A DNA stretch of 42,042 bases from a virus (lineage: Duplodnaviria > Caudoviricetes): positions 1 through 42,042 of IMG/VR virus record IMGVR_UViG_3300044970_000547; one strand, given 5' to 3'. Shown here piece by piece: positions 25,254 to 35,364 of this stretch (its first letter is position 1; the number at the start of each line of letters is the position of its first letter). The notes below the pieces were generated by a model. The model saw nothing but the letters and a program-made list of their open reading frames with translations, was not told the DNA's origin and did not search any database. The translations under genes and the position numbers were made by a program.

Positions 25254-25985
25254 TTATCTACCTACCGCTGTCCAATAGAATGCGACAGATTGCGTTACAT
25301 CACCGTAGACGTTAAAGCCTGCGGTAGTAGGAGTAGCTCCTACAACTAGTGGAATAGTTGAACCAGCAGTTAATGCTCCACTGCCCGCAGCAACGGTAAG
25401 TTGAATACTGTCAATAGACGTGCTAAACGCAGGCGAGATAGTCACACTACCTACACCGTTGGTAGTGGTGCCAGTACCACGTCTGATCTGTTGATCTAAC
25501 TCATTCTGTACGAATGCAGTAGTAGCTAAGTTAATGCTATTATTACCAACCGCAGGAGTAGGTCCTGACGGTGAGACAGTAAATGCGACTACGCCGGTAG
25601 AACGTGTGATGGTAAAGATATTACCAACTAACGTCCCTGCGTCAGCATAACGGCTGAGTACGATGTCACTACCAGCATTAGCACCGCTCTCTGCGGTAGC
25701 ATTACCGTAGTTGAGTAACCAACGTGCAGCAGTGCCTACCTGTGATAACAGTGATGTACTCTGTCCAGCCGCACTTCTACGGAATGTGAATGATGGATTA
25801 GCTTTAGATAGAATAACATTACCAGTGATAGTTCCACCAGCTTTGTCAAACTTGTTGCTATCTAGCGTAGATGCGCTAGACTGCAATGCAGTGATCTCAT
25901 CAGCAGCAGTCTGTAGCTGCGTACGCATTCCACTCTTACTGACTGGATCAGTAGTGATGAAGTTCGGATTAATAGCACTTGTCAT
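25254..25985 (-). CDS. short tail fibre protein
   Basis: KAGGTITG, PTPAVGNNSINLATTAFVQ fibre motif, C-terminal YWTAVG domain. Confidence 0.75.
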   Translation of the reverse strand: MTSAINPNFITTDPVSKSGMRTQLQTAADEITALQSSASTLDSNKFDKAGGTITGNVILSKANPSFTFRRSAAGQSTSLLSQVGTAARWLLNYGNATAESGANAGSDIVLSRYADAGTLVGNIFTITRSTGVVAFTVSPSGPTPAVGNNSINLATTAFVQNELDQQIRRGTGTTTNGVGSVTISPAFSTSIDSIQLTVAAGSGALTAGSTIPLVVGATPTTAGFNVYGDVTQSVAFYWTAVGR

Positions 25986-25987
25986 TG

Positions 25988-27670
25988 TTATCTCCTAACT
26001 GAGCCAGTGATGTACAGAATACCTACAGCAATGAAGCTGAATGCGTCAGAGGTACTACCACTGATACGGAAGCGCATACGCATGAACTTCTGTGGCCAAG
26101 CGTATAACTGTTCGTTATTCGGTGGACGATGCTCGTACGATGCGGCGTGAGGACCACTCTCTTGCATGAAGAACATAGACAGTGATGGAGTGGTGAACTC
26201 GTCTACGTACATGTCTACTGTATAACTACCAGTGCCCTCACTGAATGTAGATAAGTACTTACTCATCTTGTTATTCAATGGCTGCTTGAAGTCAGCCCAT
26301 GGCATGTTCATGTAGAAGCTGATAGGCGTCTCAGTGTAACCCTCTTCCCAACCTGTGCCATCATCCCAAGCATCACCGTCATCCCAGTTCTGCTGACTAA
26401 TAGTGCCTACATCGGTATACCGAGGCTCATAAGCGTTATGATAATAACGCACAGATGTGCCTGCACCGTAGAAGATGCGACCTTCTGTAGTCCTACAGGC
26501 TGCGCGGTACGGCATAGCATCGTACCGTGTCCATGCCTTGAACCTCTGTGACTTGTCATAGCAGTAGACGAATACGTCATTCTGCGTAGTAGCAGTCACC
26601 GTGTCAATGACAGGGATGAAGAACTGTATCTGATGCGCTATGCGATCATGGATGCTGTACACATGTTCAGTTAACTGTGTGTTACTGAACCGTGCCAATG
26701 CACGTTGTACATCAGTATTGATGAGTGAGCTAGCTGGCTCAGGAATGAAGTCAGTACCTAATGCGGTACGCTTGATGCTGATGACACCACTGGTGTCTAG
26801 CATTAGCATATCATCACCGATGACAGTAATAGCCTTATGGCTTACTGCACCGTAGCCACTGACAATATCAGTTACATCGAACTCTACAGGAGCAGAAGTG
26901 GGAAGGATGAACTGTATAGCAAGGATTGTCTCCTGGTAGGTAACTACCAGTCGATCACGGTACGTAGCTAATCCTGTGATAATAGGAACGCCACGGTCAA
27001 TGTAAATGGACGTGTCCATGTTAGCACCATTGGTGCTTGCATCAGGATCGAATGAAGTAACACCTTGTCCACTGACGTAGACAGTGTACGTATCCGTAGG
27101 AGTAACAGCCATCACTAGATGGCCGTCATGTGTAGTACAGTACTTCGCACGTGGCGTGTTTGTATTAGTCCCTGATACAGGGTCCTGTACATACGTCACT
27201 GCGTATAGCTCATCCATCGTCACTGGCTTATCTACACCGTTGCAGATAATAAGCTGCCCAGCAAACTGTGTGAATGATGCGTATGTGATAGGATTAGTCC
27301 AGCCTGCTGGGGCGCCGGGAAGTAATGCTGCAATAGCAGTGCTCCACCGCAGGTTTACAACGCCAGAGGCGTTTACAGTAACAATCTTACCATTGGCTCC
27401 TACAACTACGAGCGCACCAGCATAGTACTCCATGCCTACGATTTTATCAATCGCAGCAGTTGTAGCCTGATCTATCGCAACAGCAGCAAAGGGTGACGTG
27501 CCGTAGCGTACAGATAGTTTACCATTACTATCTGGGTACAGATTACGCACGTCAGTGAGATACTTACTATTCAAGTTCAATGGAGAGTCGAATGTATTCA
27601 ATCCTCCACGGAAGTCCCGCGCTACCGCAGCTTGTAGCTTATCTACAGCAGGTAGCTTAATCTTACGCAT
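25988..27670 (-). CDS. tail nozzle / tubular protein B-like (P22 gp10/T7 gp12-like)
   Basis: DFRGGLN...N.YP..G.L..R.G N-terminus, beta-propeller-like content, follows the adaptor; TAATG-coupled start 27670. Confidence 0.7.
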   Translation of the reverse strand: MRKIKLPAVDKLQAAVARDFRGGLNTFDSPLNLNSKYLTDVRNLYPDSNGKLSVRYGTSPFAAVAIDQATTAAIDKIVGMEYYAGALVVVGANGKIVTVNASGVVNLRWSTAIAALLPGAPAGWTNPITYASFTQFAGQLIICNGVDKPVTMDELYAVTYVQDPVSGTNTNTPRAKYCTTHDGHLVMAVTPTDTYTVYVSGQGVTSFDPDASTNGANMDTSIYIDRGVPIITGLATYRDRLVVTYQETILAIQFILPTSAPVEFDVTDIVSGYGAVSHKAITVIGDDMLMLDTSGVISIKRTALGTDFIPEPASSLINTDVQRALARFSNTQLTEHVYSIHDRIAHQIQFFIPVIDTVTATTQNDVFVYCYDKSQRFKAWTRYDAMPYRAACRTTEGRIFYGAGTSVRYYHNAYEPRYTDVGTISQQNWDDGDAWDDGTGWEEGYTETPISFYMNMPWADFKQPLNNKMSKYLSTFSEGTGSYTVDMYVDEFTTPSLSMFFMQESGPHAASYEHRPPNNEQLYAWPQKFMRMRFRISGSTSDAFSFIAVGILYITGSVRR

Positions 27671-28380
27671 TAGCGATCCTCCGCCCACTCATTGAGTAGC
27701 ATAGGATCATTCATCCGTGGATCAAGGATCAGCTTAGCACTGTCATGCTGCTGTTCTAACTGCTGTAGCCTATTCTCGAATGACTGCTGTAACATAGTTA
27801 CAGTGGCAGGATTAGTGCCATCATCTGCTGCGTACTTCGCAGCGGCACCGTTAATGAGGCAGGAAGCATCAAATGGCACAATCACAGACGGGTCTGTGAA
27901 CAGATCAGCAGGGTCTAAGCGGATATGAATGCGTAATGGTTGTGCAGTAGTCGTAGTAGCTGTTAACGGCCATACACGGAACAGGTTCTGTCCCGCAGGT
28001 GCCCAGCCTTGTACATCATCCGCAGCATGCAGAGGTTCTACATAACGTGGTGACGTTCCAGTAAGCCTGTAAGGATTAATATTACTAGATAGAATAGGTA
28101 GTGGAGTACTGTTACTACCGTAGCACACGCGATCCACATCACGGAACCCCTCACGTGTTCCAATGAACTCTGCTGTGCAGAGTCCTGTACTACCACCTAG
28201 TTGCCTAGTCTCCCATTTAGTGAGATTGTCCCACCATCTACGTGAGCGTACGAGTTCGTACACTTCCTCAATCAACATGCCAATGGCATCCTCAGCATAC
28301 AACTGTGTGCTAGGGCCTGCTACTTGGCGTAGACGGATGATAGTCCGCTGTATTAAATCACTGTGTGAGTAGAATGCCAT
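27670..28380 (-). CDS. head-tail adaptor / tubular protein A-like
   Basis: Size and position after the capsid genes; helical termini. Confidence 0.6.
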   Translation of the reverse strand: MAFYSHSDLIQRTIIRLRQVAGPSTQLYAEDAIGMLIEEVYELVRSRRWWDNLTKWETRQLGGSTGLCTAEFIGTREGFRDVDRVCYGSNSTPLPILSSNINPYRLTGTSPRYVEPLHAADDVQGWAPAGQNLFRVWPLTATTTTAQPLRIHIRLDPADLFTDPSVIVPFDASCLINGAAAKYAADDGTNPATVTMLQQSFENRLQQLEQQHDSAKLILDPRMNDPMLLNEWAEDR

Positions 28381-28405
28381 GCTATACTCCTACACTCTAC
28401 TTACG

Positions 28406-28438
28406 AAAAAGGCTCCACTGTGCATGGCACAGTGGAGC
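28406..28438 (-). terminator. intrinsic terminator after the capsid genes
   Basis: GCTCCACTGTGC / GCACAGTGGAGC stem followed by CTTTTT on the minus strand. Confidence 0.85.
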
Positions 28439-28462
28439 AAGGTGACTACAGCACCTACCTAC

Positions 28463-29152
28463 TTAGGTCAGCAGAGTGAAGTAATGCTGAACACCGTACA
28501 GGTGGGTCTTGTCCACAATACAGCGGATAACAAAGTTAACGCTGCCATTGGGGATAACAGTCGAAGGCAGGTACAGACCACGAGGGTCAGTGTTAGTCGC
28601 ATTTGGGATAGTAGTGACAGGAAGGCCCGAGGTCAACGCACCAGCATTAGCTGCGGCAGTGTTATTCTTCACCTCCGCAACCATGGACAAGCAGCGATAC
28701 GGCACACCGAGGTAGTTGCCCCAGCCAACGTCAATAGTCGTAGCAGCAGTGGCATCCCAGTTCACACGGTCGATGTAACGGAACGCTCTAACGCCCTGAA
28801 CGATAGTCGTACCATTCAGCGTCAATGCTTCCGTCATGGGCTGGCCCATGTAGTCACGGCCCTGCACGCGAACGAAAGTCGTAGCGGCACCAGATGCACG
28901 GACAGTGACGTTACGACCGTACAAGCCCCACTGCGCTAGACTGCCCGTGTACGTAGAAGCAAATGTGGTAGTCATACCAGCAGTGGCGATGCTATTATCA
29001 GAAAGGATGCCATCGAAATCGAGTGCATTCAGCACACCAATGTCCATGACAGCAATGTCAGGAGAGCCATCAGCGCCGAACGAACCGATCACCGCATGGT
29101 TGAACCAATTGTTCACACGCTGCGGCCAGAATGAAGCAACACGACGCGTCAT
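28463..29152 (-). CDS. putative capsid decoration / minor structural protein
   Basis: Beta-rich, GRNVTV...GRDYMGQPMTE..., co-transcribed with the MCP, AAGGAG SD. Confidence 0.6.
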   Translation of the reverse strand: MTRRVASFWPQRVNNWFNHAVIGSFGADGSPDIAVMDIGVLNALDFDGILSDNSIATAGMTTTFASTYTGSLAQWGLYGRNVTVRASGAATTFVRVQGRDYMGQPMTEALTLNGTTIVQGVRAFRYIDRVNWDATAATTIDVGWGNYLGVPYRCLSMVAEVKNNTAAANAGALTSGLPVTTIPNATNTDPRGLYLPSTVIPNGSVNFVIRCIVDKTHLYGVQHYFTLLT

Positions 29153-29153
29153 C

Positions 29154-29492
29154 TTACAAACTCCTTAACATAGCAGGCTGCTGCGTACGCTTGCCCACGA
29201 GTGATTTAAGATCAACATAGTCCGGTGCACGCACAGGCTCACCAGTCTCCAGGTCGATTTCTTCATTCGCATGTTCAAGGATGCCAGCAGCAGCCATCTT
29301 AGCACGCGTCTCGAACCACACACTGTGTCCACCAGGGAAGTAGACCATGAAGCTCTCAGGAACAAGTCGGCTGACTTGCTCAGACTTCATGCCCAGATGC
29401 TTACCATCCTTACCCTTAACAGTGGTATAGATAGTAGACGTAAGCTCTCGGTCCTTGACTACTTCAATCTGAAACTTCTTGCTCAATGCCAT
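29154..29492 (-). CDS. hypothetical protein downstream of the MCP
   Basis: AAGGAG SD before ATG 29492. Confidence 0.7.
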   Translation of the reverse strand: MALSKKFQIEVVKDRELTSTIYTTVKGKDGKHLGMKSEQVSRLVPESFMVYFPGGHSVWFETRAKMAAAGILEHANEEIDLETGEPVRAPDYVDLKSLVGKRTQQPAMLRSL

Positions 29493-29504
29493 GTGATGCA
29501 CTCC

Positions 29505-30479
29505 TTAGTTCATCACAACGGCGTGCGTACGGAACTGACGCCAAGAGCAGAAGTTACCCTGCCACACGACACGCTTGCCGATAGCGTCAATGGCCCACGG
29601 AGCAACAAGGTTCTTCACACGCATGTTCACACCCTTGAGGACGTGCATACGCAGATACTTGCTGTTAATGAAGTAAGCCTTATCGACGTTGCAGTCTTCG
29701 TCGTAGAGCATCGGGATGCCATTGTGCGTGACACCTTCAAAGCCAAGGTCATACATGCCCTTGCCTTTCTTGCTCTGATCCAATGGGATCATGACCTTAT
29801 CACGCACCGCCTGACGGTACGTACGGATGAGGTTACGACCAATCAAGATCAGATCAGGCTTGTCAGTCTTCAACTTCAGATCCATGAGCACGTCATCAAA
29901 GGCTTCTTCGATGTTCGTAGCATCAAGGCCACCAGCGAAGTCATACGCAGACGGACGCCACTGCACTTCCGTAGCACGGTTCATGCCACCAAGCGTGCCA
30001 GTGGTAGGATCATCAGGGATGAGAGCTTCTAATCCAAGAGGATCAACGCCAGCGCCAGCACCGTAGACGTACTCACTGAACTTCTCACCGAAGCTTTCTT
30101 CAAGCACATCGAGCTTAGCAGTGAGCAGCTTGAACAACGCAGCTTCACCAGTGTTCTCATCAACTTCCTGATCGCTGATAATCAGTGAACCAGCGACACG
30201 CGACCAGCCGTAACCAATGGTGCTGAACTCACTCGTCTGCGCAATGGGCAGTTCATCGTAGTACTGATACGATGCGACGTTAGGATTACGACTCATCGTA
30301 ATAGGATTGGTGATGTTAGCACCACCATTCTCCGTCTCGACGCGTTCGGTCGCAAAGGCCCAGGCCATAAGAGCGTTGCTCTTAATACTAGCCATGATGA
30401 GCTTACGACGGGACTTGTCCAGCATGGAATGCACAATGGTATCGAGAGTACCAGTGGCAGCTAAAGAAGTGTTAATCAT
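29505..30479 (-). CDS. major capsid protein
   Basis: 324 aa after the scaffold, highly expressed codon bias, GGANI..PI, LGGMNRAT..W, GFEG..NGIPM.YD..C...YFINSKY. Confidence 0.8.
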   Translation of the reverse strand: MINTSLAATGTLDTIVHSMLDKSRRKLIMASIKSNALMAWAFATERVETENGGANITNPITMSRNPNVASYQYYDELPIAQTSEFSTIGYGWSRVAGSLIISDQEVDENTGEAALFKLLTAKLDVLEESFGEKFSEYVYGAGAGVDPLGLEALIPDDPTTGTLGGMNRATEVQWRPSAYDFAGGLDATNIEEAFDDVLMDLKLKTDKPDLILIGRNLIRTYRQAVRDKVMIPLDQSKKGKGMYDLGFEGVTHNGIPMLYDEDCNVDKAYFINSKYLRMHVLKGVNMRVKNLVAPWAIDAIGKRVVWQGNFCSWRQFRTHAVVMN

Positions 30480-30491
30480 TGTTGCTACCTA

Positions 30492-31622
30492 TTAGCGGTT
30501 AATGTTGATGCCGTGTTCACGCAGTGTTTCACTAACAATGTCTCGCATACTACGATCATGGTTAACTGCTGTGTTCACACGCGGAACTACAGTGCCATTA
30601 GTCGAACCGCTAGGAGCGACAACCTGTGCTGCGTTCATACGCTGCGGCTGTTGCTGCTGTTGCGGCTGACGGGTCGCTGCTGCTTCATGCTGTTGCGAGA
30701 GAGGACGGTTAAGATCATAACCGTTCTTATACGCCCAGGCTTGAAGCATCAATGTAGCTTCGCGCAGTGATAACCGCTCGTCAGCTTCTAATACACGTTG
30801 GAGTTCAACCTGCTGTTGCTCGGCCCAAGGGAACGTGTCAAACAGTTCCTCTAGTTCTCTATCCGCTTGTGCTTGAAACTGCTGCAACTGCTGCTGTTGT
30901 TCTAACTGCTGCTGCTGCGTAGACAGGTTCTGCTTAAACGGTGCAACTTCTGTCTGTATCATGCGCTGAATAGCGGCCATGTCTACAGACCCTTTGAGGT
31001 CTTCCAGATTATGCCCTAAGGCCAGTACCTCTGTCAAGACCTTCTTCGCTGCCTCGACAGGATTTGCCTTAAAGTGTGCCATGAACTGCATGGCAGTAGT
31101 CACTTCCTGCGGCTGTAGTCCTAACTGTGTAGGAAGCTGTGCAGCTTCACGGAACGCAGTAAGGTGGGCCTTGGTAGTATCTAACTCACGCTGTAGCGTC
31201 TCCGCTTGTCCACGATGCTGTTGCATCTGTGTGTGGAAATTACGAGCAGACTCGTATAGAGCACGCTCATTACCTGCTTTGGCAACGATACGTCCTGTAG
31301 CAGGATCAACTAAGTTGCCTTCTGCGTCGGCAGGTAGACGCTGGCGGCCCGGTGTGTAGGCTTTAACAACTTGCCGCTCGGCTGCGTGTTCTTTGCTAGC
31401 GTCAGTTCCAGTGACAGCGCCAGTTGCTGACTTGTCTGATCCAGGAGTAGCGGTCGTGCTCTGATCGCTGCTCCCTGCGACTGCTGGCGCACCTGTAGTG
31501 GTCTGTTCCTGACCTTCCGTACTGACATCATTCGTCTCCGTGGTTAGATTAGCAGTAGTAGAGTCATCCTGCGCTTCTAATCCAAACATACGGTCAACGC
31601 GTGCTTCGAGTGTTTCACTCAT
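30492..31622 (-). CDS. capsid scaffolding protein
   Basis: Acidic/disordered N-terminus, Q-rich coiled coil, between portal and MCP. Confidence 0.7.
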   Translation of the reverse strand: MSETLEARVDRMFGLEAQDDSTTANLTTETNDVSTEGQEQTTTGAPAVAGSSDQSTTATPGSDKSATGAVTGTDASKEHAAERQVVKAYTPGRQRLPADAEGNLVDPATGRIVAKAGNERALYESARNFHTQMQQHRGQAETLQRELDTTKAHLTAFREAAQLPTQLGLQPQEVTTAMQFMAHFKANPVEAAKKVLTEVLALGHNLEDLKGSVDMAAIQRMIQTEVAPFKQNLSTQQQQLEQQQQLQQFQAQADRELEELFDTFPWAEQQQVELQRVLEADERLSLREATLMLQAWAYKNGYDLNRPLSQQHEAAATRQPQQQQQPQRMNAAQVVAPSGSTNGTVVPRVNTAVNHDRSMRDIVSETLREHGININR

Positions 31623-31624
31623 TG

Positions 31625-33808
31625 TTACATCATTCCATTTGCTGTAGTGTTGCCTTGTTGAACCATGCTGAGTACCTCAGGCAAAGCCTCAGCTACAGGT
31701 ACGCCTTTAGCAAGTATCTCACCAAGTGCGACCTTTGCTTGCGGCGGCAACGCATCAATCATTGCTGCCAATTCTTCTAGTGCCATGCCACCACCTTGTG
31801 GCGGTGACGGGGCGTCAGTCGGTGAAGTCGGAGCAGTAGCTCCTTCACCACCACCAGCACCTTGTGTGCTATTCCCCCTCTGCATTGCAACTACAACTTC
31901 CTCCTTCATGCGTTCAAACGCATCCGCAGGGAGGTTAAGTTCATCGAACGCTTCTTCGAGGATAGTAAGGATTGTCTCAATGACAACGCTAGGTGCGAAT
32001 TGTGCTAACTTACCAAGTATCTCAGACATTTCTAATGCCTGCTGCTTCTTACCAGCACTGGTAGGCTTCTGTGTAGAACCTCCTACAGTCTGACACTGGA
32101 ACATGTCACGCAGTTCCTCTGGCACACGTGGTTGCCAGTTCATAGAACGCTTGGCACCGATCAATGCACGGACTGCATCAGCTTCCATGAACTGTGCACA
32201 GAGATAGCCAATGTTGTACAGTACAATGCCTAACGCATCTTCGATAGCGTCGATCTTCTCGTCTAACCGCAGTGCAGTACCACTGTTATAGTTCTCAATA
32301 GCCTTGTTAGTCGTGTTCGTCTTAAACTGTACGTTACGCATAACGTCAGAGACGCCACTGACACGATCAATGGACTGGAATGGGCGTTGCAGATCGAATA
32401 GCTGCATAGCCTTTAACATACTGTTAGGCTTCTCTACGATCATGTCACGCATGTTAGTACCTTCTGGTACTTCCACACCTACAGCGTTAGGTCCACCACC
32501 AGTAAGCCATGCAATGACGCTATCACGGTTAAACTTGTTGTTGTAAAGGATGTTCTCCTTCACGTCCTGCCTAGCACGACGGAATTCATCGTGTATCTCA
32601 TTGATCGCATCCTGCTGATCTAGGTAGTACGTGACATTGCTATGAGCTAATGCACCTACGACAGTAGTGTTGAACACTAACGATGTGAGTGGGAAGAACC
32701 CAGGTAGCATGTACGGGTCATTCTCTGCCCACACAGGCCAGTCCCAACGGTTATCCGTGTATAAGTACACTCGTCGTGTAATACGATCCCAGATGCGCCA
32801 GCACATGGTGCGCTGTGCTTTCTCTAGCTGAGCTTTACTCTCGTAACCGTACTGATGAGCAGACGCATCTGTCTCGAACAGCTTAAAGTTCTTAATGTCA
32901 TCATCACCTGATGCGTCGCCTAGCAGTACATGCGTAGGCTCATACAAGGACATGACTTGTCCATCTTCACCCTTCTTACCGTACCGTGCATTCAGGTACG
33001 CAGTGGGGTAAATCTCACGAATAGCCATCCATTTCGCATCACTGTAATCTGGCATCGACGCATCCGCATCGACGAGTACATCCTGTGGCGTACGATACTT
33101 GACAAACGGTCCCGGTGGCGTAAGAACATCTAATTCTTCCTCCAATGCGAGTAGCTGGCCTTCTACTTCACGGATAGTCTTAGTGTCTTTAGCATCGGCT
33201 AGTTCAGTCGATAGACGTTGAATGTCATCCTGCGCAGCAAGGATGGATTGCTGACGTAGCGTGTAACCGTATTCCATCCAACCAATGTTGCATAGCTCAG
33301 CAGCTAGTACAGTCTGCTTAGCATGTATCTTCAAATTCAGCCCAGGTGCGTGCTTACGTCCTGCGAGAGCATTGACTACATCTTCTACCTGCTGTACGAA
33401 GTCCTTCATGTCCTCATTAGGAGTGGTAAACTCTGCTTGAGGGTTCTTCGCATACAGAGCAGGCATCATTGCACGCACATTGGCGTAGACAATGTTCTCT
33501 GTCTCAGACCACTTGTTGTTACGACGCTTAGAGTAGTATCTGTTACCACTCATGCTATCGCGACCTTCACGGTGCTCTAGCTGATTGTTATTGTAGTAAC
33601 GGATAGACTCGTCCCATGCTTCCTCATGCACCTTACGTGCAGAACGTGCAGCAGCTATGCGACCTTTCCACAGCTTACCATGCTGTTTGCTAACCGGTAC
33701 CTTACTGCTTGGATCAATGCGATACATAGGCTCACCTGCGTCAACAGGTGCGATGGGAGCCTCAGCATCTAATGCACGTTCAATCGGTTGAGGAAGTGTA
33801 TCGCTCAT
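31625..33808 (-). CDS. portal protein
   Basis: 727 aa directly after TerL; ENIVYANV...P.LY.KNP, DRVSGVSDVMR...T.T motifs of podovirus portals. Confidence 0.8.
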   Translation of the reverse strand: MSDTLPQPIERALDAEAPIAPVDAGEPMYRIDPSSKVPVSKQHGKLWKGRIAAARSARKVHEEAWDESIRYYNNNQLEHREGRDSMSGNRYYSKRRNNKWSETENIVYANVRAMMPALYAKNPQAEFTTPNEDMKDFVQQVEDVVNALAGRKHAPGLNLKIHAKQTVLAAELCNIGWMEYGYTLRQQSILAAQDDIQRLSTELADAKDTKTIREVEGQLLALEEELDVLTPPGPFVKYRTPQDVLVDADASMPDYSDAKWMAIREIYPTAYLNARYGKKGEDGQVMSLYEPTHVLLGDASGDDDIKNFKLFETDASAHQYGYESKAQLEKAQRTMCWRIWDRITRRVYLYTDNRWDWPVWAENDPYMLPGFFPLTSLVFNTTVVGALAHSNVTYYLDQQDAINEIHDEFRRARQDVKENILYNNKFNRDSVIAWLTGGGPNAVGVEVPEGTNMRDMIVEKPNSMLKAMQLFDLQRPFQSIDRVSGVSDVMRNVQFKTNTTNKAIENYNSGTALRLDEKIDAIEDALGIVLYNIGYLCAQFMEADAVRALIGAKRSMNWQPRVPEELRDMFQCQTVGGSTQKPTSAGKKQQALEMSEILGKLAQFAPSVVIETILTILEEAFDELNLPADAFERMKEEVVVAMQRGNSTQGAGGGEGATAPTSPTDAPSPPQGGGMALEELAAMIDALPPQAKVALGEILAKGVPVAEALPEVLSMVQQGNTTANGMM

Positions 33809-35364
33809 CGCATGTACCTATGTGATCTGTTATCTACTGTAGCTGCTTCCATCTCATTCCACATGCGGAGCTTAGGAGGCAGGGGCCTTCTAGTAGTCGT
33901 TACTAATGTACCCGGCTGTGGCGTGTCAGTCAACATATACTTTAAAGCATCCATGGCATGGTTGTTCATGTCCACTGGCATGTCGATAGCAGTGTCATCC
34001 TTACCACGCTTCCATCGCCATGTAGACATCTCATCATGGAACCATGTGAGCTTATCACTGACAAACAGTGATGGACAACCGTAGCCATGTGTGAATGGAT
34101 TCAGTACTGTCTCACGGATGTGTAAGTGTTGCTTCACCTTAATGATGCCATTGAGAATGGCATTGTTGCCTCTACGCATACGAATGCCATTGTCTACAAA
34201 CATTGCAGCGGTAGTCTGTCCTGTAACCTGTCCTGCGTTAGTACGACGGAAGATAGCTGGATCAGCTAATACTTCTGGCTCAGTGTCACGGACAATAAGC
34301 TCAGGACCAGCTAACTCCGCACGGAGTGTATTGATTGCATCAGCCTGTGCACCAATGCCCATGTCACGTTCGTAGAACCCACCTATAACGTAGGTGATGC
34401 CAAGTGCATCTACTAACGCAAGTAAGTAACATGACGGAGCAGTGATGCCTAAGTCGTAGCCTTCAATGATTGTTAAACGATAACCTTCCTGACGTAGATC
34501 AGCGATGTGTCGTACGAGTGTATCATGTGCAATGACATGCACAGCTTCATCGAACTCGTCATAGATGACACCATCGAATGCTACCCACTTACCTAGTAGG
34601 TAACGATCACGCATCTTACCACGGTACGTTGCTTCTAGCGTCTTAATGTAATCAGCTTCGAGGTTCTGCGCATTCTCATACGTGGATGCTTCAAAGACTT
34701 CCACTAGTGGAATAGGCTGACCGTTCACTAGAACAGGTCTACCATCATTGTCTACTTCACAGATCAGATCAGGATTAAACCGTCCTGCACGTAGATCATG
34801 TAATGGCTTCACTAGACGTTTGTACACCCAACCGAGGGTGGGATTACATGTTAATGACATATACCGTGGACCAGTCTGCGGCATGGTGTCATCGTCACCA
34901 GCGTATGCTGCGTTACCACGTAGACGGCCTAGTAACTGCTCAAAGTCATGCTCTGTAATCTCAGGGTCTTCGATCTGATCTATGCCTACGTAGTCGTAGT
35001 TGGCCGATAGCAAGTTGCTAGTAGACTCTCCGTCGGCACCACCACGCTGTTCAATGTACCTGAAGTCAATGATTGTATCATTGCGTAGTACACAAGTATT
35101 ATCCTGTTTGTTAAAGGACTTGATCCATGAACTAGGGCACCACTTGAAGAACTCTCTACGGAGAGTGCTGTTTAACTTAGGATAAGATGCGCGACCGAGC
35201 ATCATAGATGCACCAGGGTAATCACGTGCGATGCGTAGTGCGTCAGCTACTAAGGCAGTGGTCTTGCCATTAGCAAAACCACCACCGTAGAGACGTATCT
35301 TCTTACGACTGAGGTGGAATGCCTCAGCCGCACTACCAGATATTAATTTATACGTACCAGCCAT
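33805..35364 (-). CDS. terL: terminase large subunit
   Basis: Walker A YGGGFANGKT, LTCNP coupling motif, RYLLGKW, GYDLG, ADPA, NHAMDALKY nuclease motif. Confidence 0.92.
   Translation of the reverse strand: MAGTYKLISGSAAEAFHLSRKKIRLYGGGFANGKTTALVADALRIARDYPGASMMLGRASYPKLNSTLRREFFKWCPSSWIKSFNKQDNTCVLRNDTIIDFRYIEQRGGADGESTSNLLSANYDYVGIDQIEDPEITEHDFEQLLGRLRGNAAYAGDDDTMPQTGPRYMSLTCNPTLGWVYKRLVKPLHDLRAGRFNPDLICEVDNDGRPVLVNGQPIPLVEVFEASTYENAQNLEADYIKTLEATYRGKMRDRYLLGKWVAFDGVIYDEFDEAVHVIAHDTLVRHIADLRQEGYRLTIIEGYDLGITAPSCYLLALVDALGITYVIGGFYERDMGIGAQADAINTLRAELAGPELIVRDTEPEVLADPAIFRRTNAGQVTGQTTAAMFVDNGIRMRRGNNAILNGIIKVKQHLHIRETVLNPFTHGYGCPSLFVSDKLTWFHDEMSTWRWKRGKDDTAIDMPVDMNNHAMDALKYMLTDTPQPGTLVTTTRRPLPPKLRMWNEMEAATVDNRSHRYMR

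Noticed and set aside
29271-30032. 253-aa plus-strand ORF (and 28379-28939)
   Set aside because: Antisense shadows of the codon-biased capsid genes; no SD or motif
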